Under the pieces are notes generated by a model. The model saw only the letters and a list, made by a program, of their open reading frames with translations. It was not told the origin of the DNA and did no database searches. Both the position numbers and the translations under genes were made by a program. A stretch of 64,000 bases of DNA from Squalus acanthias (Eukaryota), in the NCBI GenBank assembly GCA_030390025.1, contig CM059432.1, forward strand, positions 44,518,001 through 44,582,000, written 5' to 3'. Positions 62,816-64,000 of this stretch are shown piece after piece (position 1 is the first letter of the stretch; each line of letters opens with the position of its first letter).

Positions 62816-63322
62816 TCCTTCTATGGGATATTTGCTGATTCACAATTCCTACTTCCTCATTTAAAAGTAACATTTTTCAGTCATTAAAATCAGTTTTATT
62901 TAGATTTTTATTTCCCTGACAGTTAAGCAGCACTCACCAGATCCCAATGATGGGATCAAATGCTCAAAGAGGAGACAGTTTGGGTACAGACCAGGAACAT
63001 TCCCACGAGGGGGAAAGAAAGGTCATCCAAAGCTAGAACTCCCTGGATGACTAAAGGTCCTGGAGTTTCCACTCAGTTTTGCTTTTTTTTTTCAGCGCAA
63101 TTCACCCAAAATCGGAGAAACCAGTGCAAAAGGTCGCAGACTTTCAGGTAGAAATTATGTCCAGAGCAAATCAAGTTTCCGCGATCTTTTGTGCTAGTTT
63201 TTTTTTAAATCACACGAGAAGCTGGTTCGGCCCACAGAACTGGCCACACCCCCAGATCAAAATAATCACCATTGGGAGTTTCCGTTAACTGCACTCATTT
63301 GGGGCCTTCAATAAGGCTCTTT

Positions 63323-64000
63323 GGGGGAAAAATTCAGTTGGTTGCACCTCCCGTTAGCGCCTTAAGAGGGCGCTAATGGGGCGCAAAGCTTCTAGCGCCC
63401 AATCGCGGCGATGTTTGCGCCGCTCGCGAAATTAACTAGACATTTTGCGGCGGCACTGAACACTACAGCCACGATCTCCTGCGCCGGCAGATCGTGACGT
63501 CAGTCGAGTACGCAACGCCCCGGTATCGCCCCGGAGCAGATATTGAGTGGCGCCCCCTGCCTTACCGCCTGACGCTAGCAACGACAGGTTGAGGGGAGCG
63601 AATTGCAGTCATGAAGGGACTGGGGGAGCGCTATTTAAAGGCGACTGTTTCCTGCCTTTTATCGTTGGTGCCATTTTTGAACCACGCATTCTGAGAGAGA
63701 GAGAGACTTCTGGAGAGATTCAGCGCTGTGTGAAGGAGTTTTGGGTACTGAGCAGCACTTTGCAGGTTCATTTTGATTTGCCATTCCTTGTATCGATTTA
63801 GAAGAGACTGTGGGGGCTGCACTCTAAGCTCTTTCCCTGGTACTCTCCATTGTTCTTTCCAGCAGATTTGATGTGCAGGTCACTCCAGGCAGAGATTCAA
63901 GGCTGCAATGAGCAGGATGTGGATGGAAAGCAAGATCAACCATCCCCTTTAAGAACTGGCCCGTGCCATTGTGTGTGTGTTCCATTGCTGACTGACATCA
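63323..64000. mobile_element. Start of another D-family Harbinger, nested in a MITE-like element starting near 63056 and running out of the window
   Basis: GGGGGAAAAATTCAGTTGGTTGCACCTCCCGTTAGCGCC, equivalent to the transposase-side end of D. Confidence 0.75.

Overview
Eukaryotic DNA, most likely from a cartilaginous fish (inferred from the repeat repertoire: CR1, L2, Deu-domain SINE, Penelope-type fragments). One host gene is recognisable: the 5' part of NECAB1 on the minus strand. Its coding exons are 61125-61027 (99 nt), a 25-nt micro-exon at 46255-46231 and 3161-3053 (109 nt), separated by introns of about 14.8 kb and 43 kb; later exons lie left of the window. The introns are filled with nested transposable elements. 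(i) PIF/Harbinger DNA transposons: two near-complete but disabled copies with a 3-exon Myb/SANT gene converging on an intronless HARBI1-type DDE transposase, plus deletion derivatives, a fold-back form, an inverted fusion, MITEs and a three-element tandem stack at one CAA site. (ii) CR1 and L2 LINEs, including a full-length CR1 with an esterase-type ORF1. (iii) Two solo LTRs with 4-bp TSDs. (iv) A TA-flanked Tigger-like MITE. (v) Penelope-type fragments, three of which carry minimal hammerhead-ribozyme motifs (one degenerate). Everything was read and aligned by eye with no database searches. Exon, TIR and TSD coordinates were counted base by base; LINE and SINE boundaries are approximate.
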